Source: an uncultured Burkholderiales bacterium (lineage in GTDB: Bacteria > Vulcanimicrobiota > Xenobia > Xenobiales > Xenobiaceae). Taken from it: a stretch of 45,402 bases of DNA. Positions within the stretch are counted from its first letter, which is position 1. Each line of letters starts with the position of its first letter. Below are positions 9,593 through 16,922 of this stretch, in pieces. The notes under the pieces were generated by a model. It searched no databases and had not been told where the DNA came from. It worked only from the letters and a program-made list of their open reading frames with translations. The stretch is taken from contig CAZQPM010000001.1 in assembly GCA_964595195.1 (NCBI GenBank), positions 1 to 45,402 on the forward strand, in the 5' to 3' direction. Made by a program: the position numbers and the translations under genes.

Positions 9593-10599
9593 CGCGCCGG
9601 GCCGTCCGGTTGCGGGACGACGGCCTGGAGGATCTCCTCGACCAGGGAGTCGGGTTCCAGGCCTTCGGCCTCGCCCTCGAAACTGCGGATCAGGCGGTGG
9701 CGCAGGCAGGGCAGGGCCACCGCCTGGAGGTCCTCGAAGGCCACGTTGTAACGGCCGCACATCATGGCCCGGACCCGGGCGGCTCGCACCAGGGCCTGGC
9801 CTCCTCGGGGACTGGACCCGTAGCGCACGTAACGGCGGATCGACTCGGGGGCCTCGGGGTGGTCGGGGTGGCTGGCGCAGACCAGGCGCGCCGCGAAGGA
9901 GAGGACCGCCGAACCGGCCACCACCTCGCGGGAGAGGCGGCCCATTTCCAGGAGGGTGGGGCCATCACAGACGCGCTCCACGGTCGGCACCTGGTTCCCG
10001 GTGGTCTGGTCCAGGATCCCCACGAGGTCCTCGGGGGTCGGGAAGCCCACGCGCAGTTTGAAGAGGAACCTGTCCACCTGGGCTTCGGGAAGAGGGTAGG
10101 TGCCTTCCATCTCGATCGGGTTCTGGGTGGCCATCACCAGGAAGGGGCGCGGCAGGTCCCGGACCTCGCCGGCCACGGTGACGCTGGCCTCCTGCATGGC
10201 CTCCAGGAGGGCCGACTGGGTCTTGGGTGTCGCCCGGTTGACCTCGTCGGCCAGGACCAGGTGGGCGAAGACCGGACCGGGGATGAAGCGGAACTGGCGT
10301 CGGCCCTCGGGCGTCTGCTCCACCAGGGTGGTCCCGGTGATGTCGGCCGGCATCAGGTCCGGGGTGAACTGGATCCTGGAGAAGGACAGGTCCAGGGCCC
10401 GGGACAGGGTGCGGACCAGCAGGGTCTTGCCCAGGCCGGGCAGACCTTCCAGGAGGATGTGTCCCCCCGCCACCAGGGCGATCAGCACGTGGTCGACCAG
10501 GCTGGTCTGACCCACGACGACCCGCCCGACCTCACGGCGCAGGCGTTGCAGATGGTCCTGGAAGTCCTGGAGGCGCTCGGTCAGCGGAAGCTCGCTCAA
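9589..10599 (-). CDS. MoxR-like AAA+ ATPase
   Basis: TTG at 10599 (MSELPLTERLQDF) overlaps the upstream stop (TTGA). Walker A is GLPGLGKT, Walker B is LVLADEVNRA. The block VMATQNPIEMEGTYPLPEAQVDRF is the MoxR signature. Length is about 336 aa. Confidence 0.9.
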   Translation of the reverse strand: MSELPLTERLQDFQDHLQRLRREVGRVVVGQTSLVDHVLIALVAGGHILLEGLPGLGKTLLVRTLSRALDLSFSRIQFTPDLMPADITGTTLVEQTPEGRRQFRFIPGPVFAHLVLADEVNRATPKTQSALLEAMQEASVTVAGEVRDLPRPFLVMATQNPIEMEGTYPLPEAQVDRFLFKLRVGFPTPEDLVGILDQTTGNQVPTVERVCDGPTLLEMGRLSREVVAGSAVLSFAARLVCASHPDHPEAPESIRRYVRYGSSPRGGQALVRAARVRAMMCGRYNVAFEDLQAVALPCLRHRLIRSFEGEAEGLEPDSLVEEILQAVVPQPDGPAR

Positions 10600-12005
10600 G
10601 GGCGTGGGTCGATCCCTTCGAAGTAGTCTCGGACCAGTCCCCGTCGTTCCACCGGCAGTGCCTCGCGGGTCACGGCCTGCTCGGCCGCTTCCCGCGACGG
10701 CTGCCAGGCGTCGCCCGCCGGACGCGCGGCCTGCCCGCCCGCGGCCGGAGCCCCCAGGCCCTGGCCCGTCTCCAGCAGCGTCGGTCCCCGCCCAACCTGA
10801 CCGGGAACCCGGATGTCGGCGGTTGGCAGATTGTCCCGACGCGGAGGGTGCAGTCGGCGGTATTCCTCGGACCACCGGGAGGTTCCCGGGGCTTGCCGCT
10901 CCAGGACGTATCCGGTGGGCCGGGACGAGGATCCGGGCTGTTCCTCCATGGTAGTGCCCTGGCCGAAGTCGGCTTGCGCCCGACCCTCCCCGGGATGGCG
11001 CCCGGGCCGCACGTCCCGCCCGGGGTTGTCCCGGGCCTGGCCCGAGGCGGGGCGGTCCGCGCCCTGCACCAGGATCTCCCGGGCCTTCAGGTCGTCTCCC
11101 TGTTCCATGGCCTCCAGGGCCTGGGCCGCGGCCTGGCGGGCGTCCGCGGAGGACTGCGGGTCGTGGGCCACCCGGCGCAGGTCCTCGGCCGCCCCGGGCG
11201 ACTCCAGGTTCCGGGCCAGTTCTCGCAGGCGTCGGGCCTCCTCGGCCTGCCGTACGCGCTGGGAAGCCGAGGAGGCGCCCCCTGCCAGTCCCGACCCGGC
11301 CTGTTCGTGGCGTCTCAGTTCCTCGGCCAGGGCCGAGAGGCGCTCCAGGGCCTCGCGGGGATCCAGCCCGGGCCGCTCCAGATCCAGTTCCAGGGCCGCC
11401 AACCGGGCTTCCAGGTCCCGCAACCCGGGCGCGTCGGCCAGGCGGCGCTGGCTGAGGATCTCGCGGCTCAGTTCGCCGGCCTGCCGGCGGACGGCGGCCA
11501 GGATCTCGGGGTCGGGATGGCCCCACACCATCGTGTCGGCGGGCAGGCCGGCCAGGACCACGGCCAGGCAGCCCAGGAGCAGGCCGGTGCGCAGACGTCC
11601 CGGCCACGGCTGGGGAAAGGCCTGGTGCGGAAGCACCCGGCGGGCCCGGTCGGCGGTGTCGTGCAGCATCACGTGGGCCATCAGCGTCCGGGGGCGGTCG
11701 GAGAGCAGCCATTCCACGGCGGTTCCCAGGCGCTCCTGCAGGCCCAGGCGGTGGTCGGCGCGGTAGGCGGAGGCGACCGGGTCCAGGGGGGCCAGGCGGC
11801 GGGCCAGGGCCGCGCCGGCAGGGATCAGCACCAGGGGCGCCAGTCCGCCCCACGGCGATTCACCCAGGACCTTCAGGACGAAGACCAGCAACAGGGCCAG
11901 GCCGGCCCCGGGCAGGACGGCCCTGGCCGCCGCCGAGGCGGCGCGGACCTGTCGTTCGCGGCTGGCCAGTTGGCGGGCCGTTTCCAGGATCAGGGCTTCG
12001 TCCAT
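10596..12005 (-). CDS. Hypothetical membrane-anchored coiled-coil protein, first gene of the MoxR operon
   Basis: ATG at 12005 (MDEALILETARQL) lies within track ORF 10596..12929. TMs are near LPGAGLALLLVFVLKVLG and TGLLLGCLAVVLAGL. The middle is Ala/Arg/Glu-rich and helical. The C-terminus ends RRGLVRDYFEGIDPRP. High GC3. Confidence 0.6.
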   Translation of the reverse strand: MDEALILETARQLASRERQVRAASAAARAVLPGAGLALLLVFVLKVLGESPWGGLAPLVLIPAGAALARRLAPLDPVASAYRADHRLGLQERLGTAVEWLLSDRPRTLMAHVMLHDTADRARRVLPHQAFPQPWPGRLRTGLLLGCLAVVLAGLPADTMVWGHPDPEILAAVRRQAGELSREILSQRRLADAPGLRDLEARLAALELDLERPGLDPREALERLSALAEELRRHEQAGSGLAGGASSASQRVRQAEEARRLRELARNLESPGAAEDLRRVAHDPQSSADARQAAAQALEAMEQGDDLKAREILVQGADRPASGQARDNPGRDVRPGRHPGEGRAQADFGQGTTMEEQPGSSSRPTGYVLERQAPGTSRWSEEYRRLHPPRRDNLPTADIRVPGQVGRGPTLLETGQGLGAPAAGGQAARPAGDAWQPSREAAEQAVTREALPVERRGLVRDYFEGIDPRP

Positions 12006-12104
12006 CGTCGGCAGATTCCACGCGACCGGGGACGGCCCTGCGGAGGGGCGGAGGCGGGACCCGGCGAAACGGCTTTCAAGAGTCTGTTGAGGAGTGTGCA
12101 CGAC

Positions 12105-12767
12105 TTGACCTTCTGTCGCCGACTGCGCTGGCTTGTTCCGGCCCTCCTCATGCTGTTGGCGGCGTGCACCGGACCGCCACCCCAGACTCCCAGGCCCACC
12201 CCGCCGGCGGCCTCGCCGGTCTCGGGCCCCGTCGAGGCCCCAGGCCCGGGGATGAGGGTCGAGTTCTGCATCCCTCCGAAGGTCGTTCGAGGCTACCTGG
12301 TGGCCAGCCAACCCGGTCAAAAGTGGAAGTATCGCGATGCCTCCGACCAGGTGCTGGCCGAGTTCAGGGTCCAGTCCGACCGCGTCAAGGTCAAGGACGC
12401 CCGGGACCGCGAGGTCCTGAAGGTCAAACGCAAGGACGACGGATGGGAACTGGAAGACGCGGCGGGAACGCGCCTTCTCAGGGCCCGGCTTCGGAACGGG
12501 GCCTGGACCCTGAGCGATGGCTCGGAAGTCCCCGTGGCCCGCCTGATTCCGACCGCTGAGGGCGTGCGGATCCAGGACTCCCAGGACCGACACGTGGCCC
12601 TGGTGCGGCGAGGTCTCGGCCAGGTGGAATTCCAGGGGGCCGGTGGGCAGGAGATGGCCGTGGTCCGCGGGGTCTCCGAGCCCTTGGTGGCGGCCTGGTT
12701 CCTGGTCCCCGACGTGGAACCCCTGGCCCAGGTCGCCCTGGTCGTCTACTCCCTGGAGGTTCGATGA
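12105..12767 (+). CDS. Predicted lipoprotein of unknown function
   Basis: C-terminal part of track ORF 10848..12767. TTG at 12105 lies 10 nt after GGAG (12091-12094); GTG at 12096 is the alternative start. The signal MTFCRRLRWLVPALLMLLAAC carries the lipobox LLAAC. The body is rich in Lys/Asp beta-hairpin-like repeats (VKVKDARDREVLKVKRKDDGWELED). Confidence 0.6.
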   Translation: MTFCRRLRWLVPALLMLLAACTGPPPQTPRPTPPAASPVSGPVEAPGPGMRVEFCIPPKVVRGYLVASQPGQKWKYRDASDQVLAEFRVQSDRVKVKDARDREVLKVKRKDDGWELEDAAGTRLLRARLRNGAWTLSDGSEVPVARLIPTAEGVRIQDSQDRHVALVRRGLGQVEFQGAGGQEMAVVRGVSEPLVAAWFLVPDVEPLAQVALVVYSLEVR

Positions 12768-13162
12768 CGATCTCCGTCCAGACGCTGCAGGACCGCTGTC
12801 GCGAGACGGCCGGCTTCCTCTTCTCGCATCCCTGCAAGAATCCGGCCACGACCCGGTGCTCTCGGTGCGGCAAACCCATCTGCGCCGAGCATGGCCGGAT
12901 GGCTTCGCCGCAGGCGGATTCCGGCCCACCGCAGGCGGCGCAGACCGGAACCGTGTGCATCGGGTGTGCTCGCCGCCAGGCCTCGGAGGCGCCGACGGCA
13001 GCCGACCGCGAGGCCCTCCGCGACGACCCCTTCTTCTTCGCCTGGGCCCTGGGCTCGGACGCCTCGTCCTGGGCCTACTCCTCGGCCGATCACGAGGCCT
13101 TCTCCGCCCCCGGGGTCGAGGCCGACGGCGAGGATTGGGAACGGGATTGGGATGCCAGCTAG
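12764..13162 (+). CDS. Cys-rich (B-box / zinc-ribbon-like) small protein with an acidic aromatic tail
   Basis: Track ORF of 132 aa. ATGA overlap with the lipoprotein gene. Cys/His pattern is C-x11-C-x7-C-x2-C-x4-C-x2-H...C-x2-C (CSRCGKPICAEH, CIGC). The tail reads DDPFFFAW...EDWERDWDAS. Confidence 0.55.
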   Translation: MTISVQTLQDRCRETAGFLFSHPCKNPATTRCSRCGKPICAEHGRMASPQADSGPPQAAQTGTVCIGCARRQASEAPTAADREALRDDPFFFAWALGSDASSWAYSSADHEAFSAPGVEADGEDWERDWDAS

Positions 13163-13224
13163 CGGGATCGGTGCAACCGGAAGGACCCCGGGGGGGTCAG
13201 ATTACCTCGACCAGGAGCTTGCCA

Positions 13225-14103
13225 ATGCGGACCTTCCAGATCCAGGGCAACTACGAGTTGCGGGAGATCATCCTGGCCTCGCTGTTCATCGCGGTGGTCC
13301 TGGCCTTCCTCGGGTTCGGAGATACCTCCTCGCTGCTCCTGATCGACATGGTCATGCTGGGGGGATGCGGAGCCGCCCTGATCCTGATCCTCCTGCTGGC
13401 CCGACCGGCCCGCTGGTCCGGTGACCCCGAGCGGCGTGAACTGAAGCGCACGGACCTGGCCGGACTGCGGCGCCTGATCCTGAAGGCTGAGGACGTGACG
13501 GCCCTGGAACTCCAACCCAAGAGGGGGCGCCGGGAGCATCGGCTGCTGCTCCAGAGGCGCAGGTCCTCGCCGCTGGTCATCCGGACCGGCCGCGACGTCC
13601 TGCACCTGCGCCGCGATGGCCGCCTGATCGCCGAGACCCTGGGCATCCCCCTGCGGCAACCGGTCCCCGGGACCGGACAGTTGTCCAGCGAGCCCCGCTA
13701 CTTCTGGTTGGAACCCGGGGTTCCCCGGAAGCCCACCGAGGTCGAAGGGTTCCGGGGGATTCAGGACCTGGCCCGCCGGGGACGCGTCTGGACCTTCTCG
13801 GTGCCCGCCGTTCCAGAGGATTCGGGCCGGCACGGTTTCTCCGTGACCGACATGGAGATCACCTACCGGGCTCCCAACGGGGAGGAGCACGTCTTCCAGG
13901 TGGCTGACATCGACGAGATCGCCAGCGTCGAGCGCGGCACGGCGCAGGACAGCTATCTGGCCGTCCTGACCCGCAGCGGCATGGTGCGCCTGCGGGGCAT
14001 GCCACAGCGGCCCCTGGAGAAGGGTGGCAAGACCTGCCAGACCCTGGTGGTCGACATCCTGTTGGCCTCCCTGCGCGACCTCAATCCCCACCCGGTTCCC
14101 TGA
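13225..14103 (+). CDS. Hypothetical two-TM membrane protein with a cytoplasmic C-terminal domain
   Basis: ATG at 13225 lies 7 nt after AGGAG (13213-13217), within track ORF 12643..14103. TMs are ILASLFIAVVLAFLGF and LLLIDMVMLGGCGAALILILLLA. The C-terminal ~200 aa have good GC3. Confidence 0.6.
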   Translation: MRTFQIQGNYELREIILASLFIAVVLAFLGFGDTSSLLLIDMVMLGGCGAALILILLLARPARWSGDPERRELKRTDLAGLRRLILKAEDVTALELQPKRGRREHRLLLQRRRSSPLVIRTGRDVLHLRRDGRLIAETLGIPLRQPVPGTGQLSSEPRYFWLEPGVPRKPTEVEGFRGIQDLARRGRVWTFSVPAVPEDSGRHGFSVTDMEITYRAPNGEEHVFQVADIDEIASVERGTAQDSYLAVLTRSGMVRLRGMPQRPLEKGGKTCQTLVVDILLASLRDLNPHPVP

Positions 14104-14108
14104 CGCCG

Positions 14109-14136
14109 CCGGGGCCCCGTCGGGGTCGGGCCCCGG
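14109..14136 (+). terminator. GC hairpin after the 13225-14103 gene; possible terminator without a U-tract
   Basis: ccggggccc (14109-14117) pairs with gggccccgg (14128-14136) around a 10-nt loop. It starts 6 nt after the stop codon. Confidence 0.35.
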
Positions 14137-14253
14137 TCCCCCGGTCCTGCCCGCTATCGGTGCAGGCGCATCGGGTCCGCCGGGAGGGGGGAGGATCTGC
14201 CGTCCGGAGCGAAGGCTGGCCCATCCATTGGGACCGAACTCCGAGGAGGCAGC

Positions 14254-15819
14254 ATGACCCGCGAAGAGATGTTGGACCGGCTGGATGATCGCCGGGAGCC
14301 TTGGGACATGGTGGTGATCGGCGGGGGGGCCACCGGAGTGGGAGCGGCCCTGGACGCCGCTTCCCGCGGTCACGACGTGCTGCTGCTGGAACAGGCCGAC
14401 TTCGGCAAGGGCACCTCCAGTCGCAGCACCAAACTGGTTCACGGTGGGGTCCGCTACCTGCAGCAGGGCAACGTCAGCCTGGTCATGGAGGCCCTCAAGG
14501 AACGGGGGATCATGCGGCAGAACGCCCCCCATCTGGTGCACGACCTGGCCTTCGTGGTGCCCAACTACACCTGGTGGGAGGCTCCCTTCTACGGGGTGGG
14601 CATGAAGGTCTACGATCTCCTGGCCGGTCGCTACGGTTTCGGGGCCAGCCGCCTGCTCTCGCCCGAGGAGACGATCGCCCGCATCCCGACCATCCAGACG
14701 GAGGGCCTGCGGGGAGGAGTCGTCTACTACGATGGTCAGTTCGATGATGCCCGCATGCTGATCCACCTGGTGCGCACGGCCGCCGAGCAGGGAGCCTGCC
14801 TGGTGAACTACTGCCGGGTCGTGGCCCTGACCCGGGGCAGCAGCGGTTTCGTGGACGGGGTTCGGGCCCTGGACGTCGAGTCCGGCAGGGAATACGAGAT
14901 TCGGGCCCGCGTGGTGCTGAACTGCACCGGCCCCTTCTCCGACGGGGTGCGCCGGATGGATGACCCCGACGCCGAGCCGCTGATCGCTCCCAGCACGGGC
15001 GTGCACATCGTCCTGGACAAGTCCTTCCTCCCCGGAGAGACGGCCATCATGGTGCCCCGCACCACCGACGGCCGGGTCCTCTTCGCCATCCCCTGGCACG
15101 ATTGCGTCGTGGTCGGCACGACGGACAACCCCGTCCCCGAGGCGGTCCTGGAACCCGTGCCCACCCTGGACGAGGTCAAGTTCATCCTGGAGAATGCCCA
15201 CGACTACCTTCGCAGACCTCCCGCCCTGGAGGACGTGCGCAGCGTGTTCTCGGGGATTCGCCCCCTGGTCAAGGCCTCCGAGGAAGGAAGCACGTCCCGG
15301 CTCAGTCGGGACCACACGATCTCCATCAGTCGCGGCGGACTGGTCACGATGGCGGGCGGCAAGTGGACCACCTACCGACACATGGCCGAGGACCTGGTCA
15401 ACCACGCCGAGACCCTGGCGGATCTCGACCCCCGGCCCTGTGTCACCCGCACCCTGAGCATCCACGGCTTCCACAAGAATGCCGCCAAGTTCGGCGAACT
15501 GGCAGGGTATGGCAGCGACGCCCCCGAGTTGCAGCGCCTGTTCCGGACCGACCCGGAGAGCGCCCGGCCCCTCCACGAGCGCCTCTCGGCCCGCGTCGGC
15601 GAGGTGGTCTGGGCCGCGCGATCCGAGATGGCACGCACGGTCGACGATTTCCTGGCCCGGCGCACGCGCTCGCTGGTCTTCGATGCCCGGGCGGCCTCGG
15701 AGGCGGCTCCGGCCGTGGCCCGGGTCCTGGCCCGGGAACTGGGTCGGGATGAGGCCTGGCAGCAGGAGCAGGTGCGCAGCTTCCAGGCCCTGGCGGCGGG
15801 ATACCTGCCCACCTCCTGA
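14254..15819 (+). CDS. glpD: FAD-dependent glycerol-3-phosphate dehydrogenase
   Basis: Track ORF of 521 aa. The dinucleotide-binding N-terminus is VVIGGGATGVGAALDAASRGHDVLLLEQADFGKGTSSRSTKLVHGGVRYL. The RBS GAGGAGG lies upstream of the ATG. Confidence 0.9.
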   Translation: MTREEMLDRLDDRREPWDMVVIGGGATGVGAALDAASRGHDVLLLEQADFGKGTSSRSTKLVHGGVRYLQQGNVSLVMEALKERGIMRQNAPHLVHDLAFVVPNYTWWEAPFYGVGMKVYDLLAGRYGFGASRLLSPEETIARIPTIQTEGLRGGVVYYDGQFDDARMLIHLVRTAAEQGACLVNYCRVVALTRGSSGFVDGVRALDVESGREYEIRARVVLNCTGPFSDGVRRMDDPDAEPLIAPSTGVHIVLDKSFLPGETAIMVPRTTDGRVLFAIPWHDCVVVGTTDNPVPEAVLEPVPTLDEVKFILENAHDYLRRPPALEDVRSVFSGIRPLVKASEEGSTSRLSRDHTISISRGGLVTMAGGKWTTYRHMAEDLVNHAETLADLDPRPCVTRTLSIHGFHKNAAKFGELAGYGSDAPELQRLFRTDPESARPLHERLSARVGEVVWAARSEMARTVDDFLARRTRSLVFDARAASEAAPAVARVLARELGRDEAWQQEQVRSFQALAAGYLPTS

Positions 15820-15824
15820 GGTGG

Positions 15825-15841
15825 GACCCCCCCGGGGGGTC
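15825..15841. terminator. Palindromic GC hairpin between convergent genes; possible bidirectional terminator
   Basis: The sequence gaccccccc-gggggg-tc (GACCCC/GGGGTC arms) sits between the glpD stop (15817-15819) and the stop of the minus-strand gene (15840-15842). Confidence 0.4.
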
Positions 15842-16274
15842 AGTCGGTCAGCCGGGGCAGGTTCTCCAGGAAGACGGTGCCGTTGGACACCAGGGGGATC
15901 CGGGCGTCCAAGCCGCGCACCAGGTCCATCAGTTGTCCGGCGATCTCGTAGTAGACGCGGCGCGAGATGTGGAGCGAGGCGGGGGACGGCGCCGCCTCCG
16001 CCAGAGGCTGGGTGGCCTCGAACAGGATGTGGTTCCGGTTGACCCCCGCAACCTCGGGCAGCACCGTGGCCATCAGTTGCCAGACGTCGAAGAGGCGCCG
16101 GGCGCTGGTCTGGCCCTCCAGGCGCCCTTCCGGCCCCAAGAGGCCCCAGGTTTCGCCGAGCGGGTTGTCGATCACGAAGTTGTCGAAGTAGCCACGGCCC
16201 TCCGGCTCGGGTGCCAGGAAGGTTCGGACCAGCTCAATCTGGTGTGGGCTCAGGGGACTCGGGATGGTCGGCAT
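15840..16274 (-). CDS. Hypothetical protein (144 aa)
   Basis: Track ORF 15840..16280. I prefer the second ATG (16274) because GGAGG abuts the first ATG and lies 6 nt from the second. Amino-acid composition is balanced and GC3 is high. No motif recognised. Confidence 0.5.
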   Translation of the reverse strand: MPTIPSPLSPHQIELVRTFLAPEPEGRGYFDNFVIDNPLGETWGLLGPEGRLEGQTSARRLFDVWQLMATVLPEVAGVNRNHILFEATQPLAEAAPSPASLHISRRVYYEIAGQLMDLVRGLDARIPLVSNGTVFLENLPRLTD

Positions 16275-16381
16275 GGGCATCCTCCGGAGGGGATCGGCGG
16301 TCTGGTTCGCCCGCCGGCCCGACCGACCCTTCCGGTCCGGACCCGGGGGAGCCGCGGGTTGCGTGGCGAACCCGACCCCTC

Positions 16382-16918
16382 GTGACGGTCTCGCGCCCCC
16401 CTCTGCAGAACACTCCCCAGGCCTTCGCCTCCCAACTGAAGGAGGGCCACTACAACGAGTTGCGGGTAGCCCTGCACCTGATGCTGCGCGGCTGCCGGGT
16501 GCGCATCGGTTTCACCGACGGCCGCTACGACATCGAGGCTCTCACGCCCCGTGGGCGGACCTGGCACGTGGAGGTCAAGTGGGATAAGAGGGCGGAGGGC
16601 TCGGGGAATCTCTACTTCGAGGTCGAGAACACCCGGCAGCGCCGACCCTCCGGAGTCATGTCCACGGCTGCGGACCTGTGGTGCCATGTCCTGGGGCAGG
16701 GGGATCAGGCCCTGCTGGTGCGGGTTCCCAGGCTGCGCCGGTTCCTGGAGGAGGGGCACTTCCGCTCGGTGAACACCGGCGGCGCCGACAGCAACAGCCG
16801 GGGGCTGCTGGTTCCCCGGCCTGCCCTCCAGGCAGCGGACTTCAGTTGGATCCATCTGCCCACGGTGGAGGACTACTTCGGAGCGGTCTTCCGGCAGGCC
16901 ACTTCGGCAGCCCGCTGA
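16382..16918 (+). CDS. PD-(D/E)xK nuclease-fold-like protein
   Basis: GTG at 16382 lies within track ORF 16211..16918. The motif GRYDIEALTPRGRTWHVEVKWD matches D-x13-E-x-K, preceded by a helix HYNELRVALHLMLRG. This layout resembles Hjc-type resolvases. The start is uncertain. Confidence 0.5.
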   Translation: MTVSRPPLQNTPQAFASQLKEGHYNELRVALHLMLRGCRVRIGFTDGRYDIEALTPRGRTWHVEVKWDKRAEGSGNLYFEVENTRQRRPSGVMSTAADLWCHVLGQGDQALLVRVPRLRRFLEEGHFRSVNTGGADSNSRGLLVPRPALQAADFSWIHLPTVEDYFGAVFRQATSAAR

Positions 16919-16922
16919 TTCA

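Noticed and set aside
13159-15576. 805-aa minus-strand ORF covering glpD and its upstream gene
   Set aside because: It is antisense to an unmistakable GlpD (FAD-binding N-terminus) and has low-complexity Gly/Pro/Gln/Val composition. Shadow ORF.
13183-15845. Possible REP-like dispersed element: near-identical GGACCCC(n)GGGGGTCAG palindromes at about 13184-13201 and 15824-15844
   Set aside because: There are only two copies. Both are simple G/C palindromes of the kind expected by chance, or as terminators, in a ~70% GC genome. Similar short GACCC...GGGTC palindromes also occur inside coding sequence (for example about 6866-6880).
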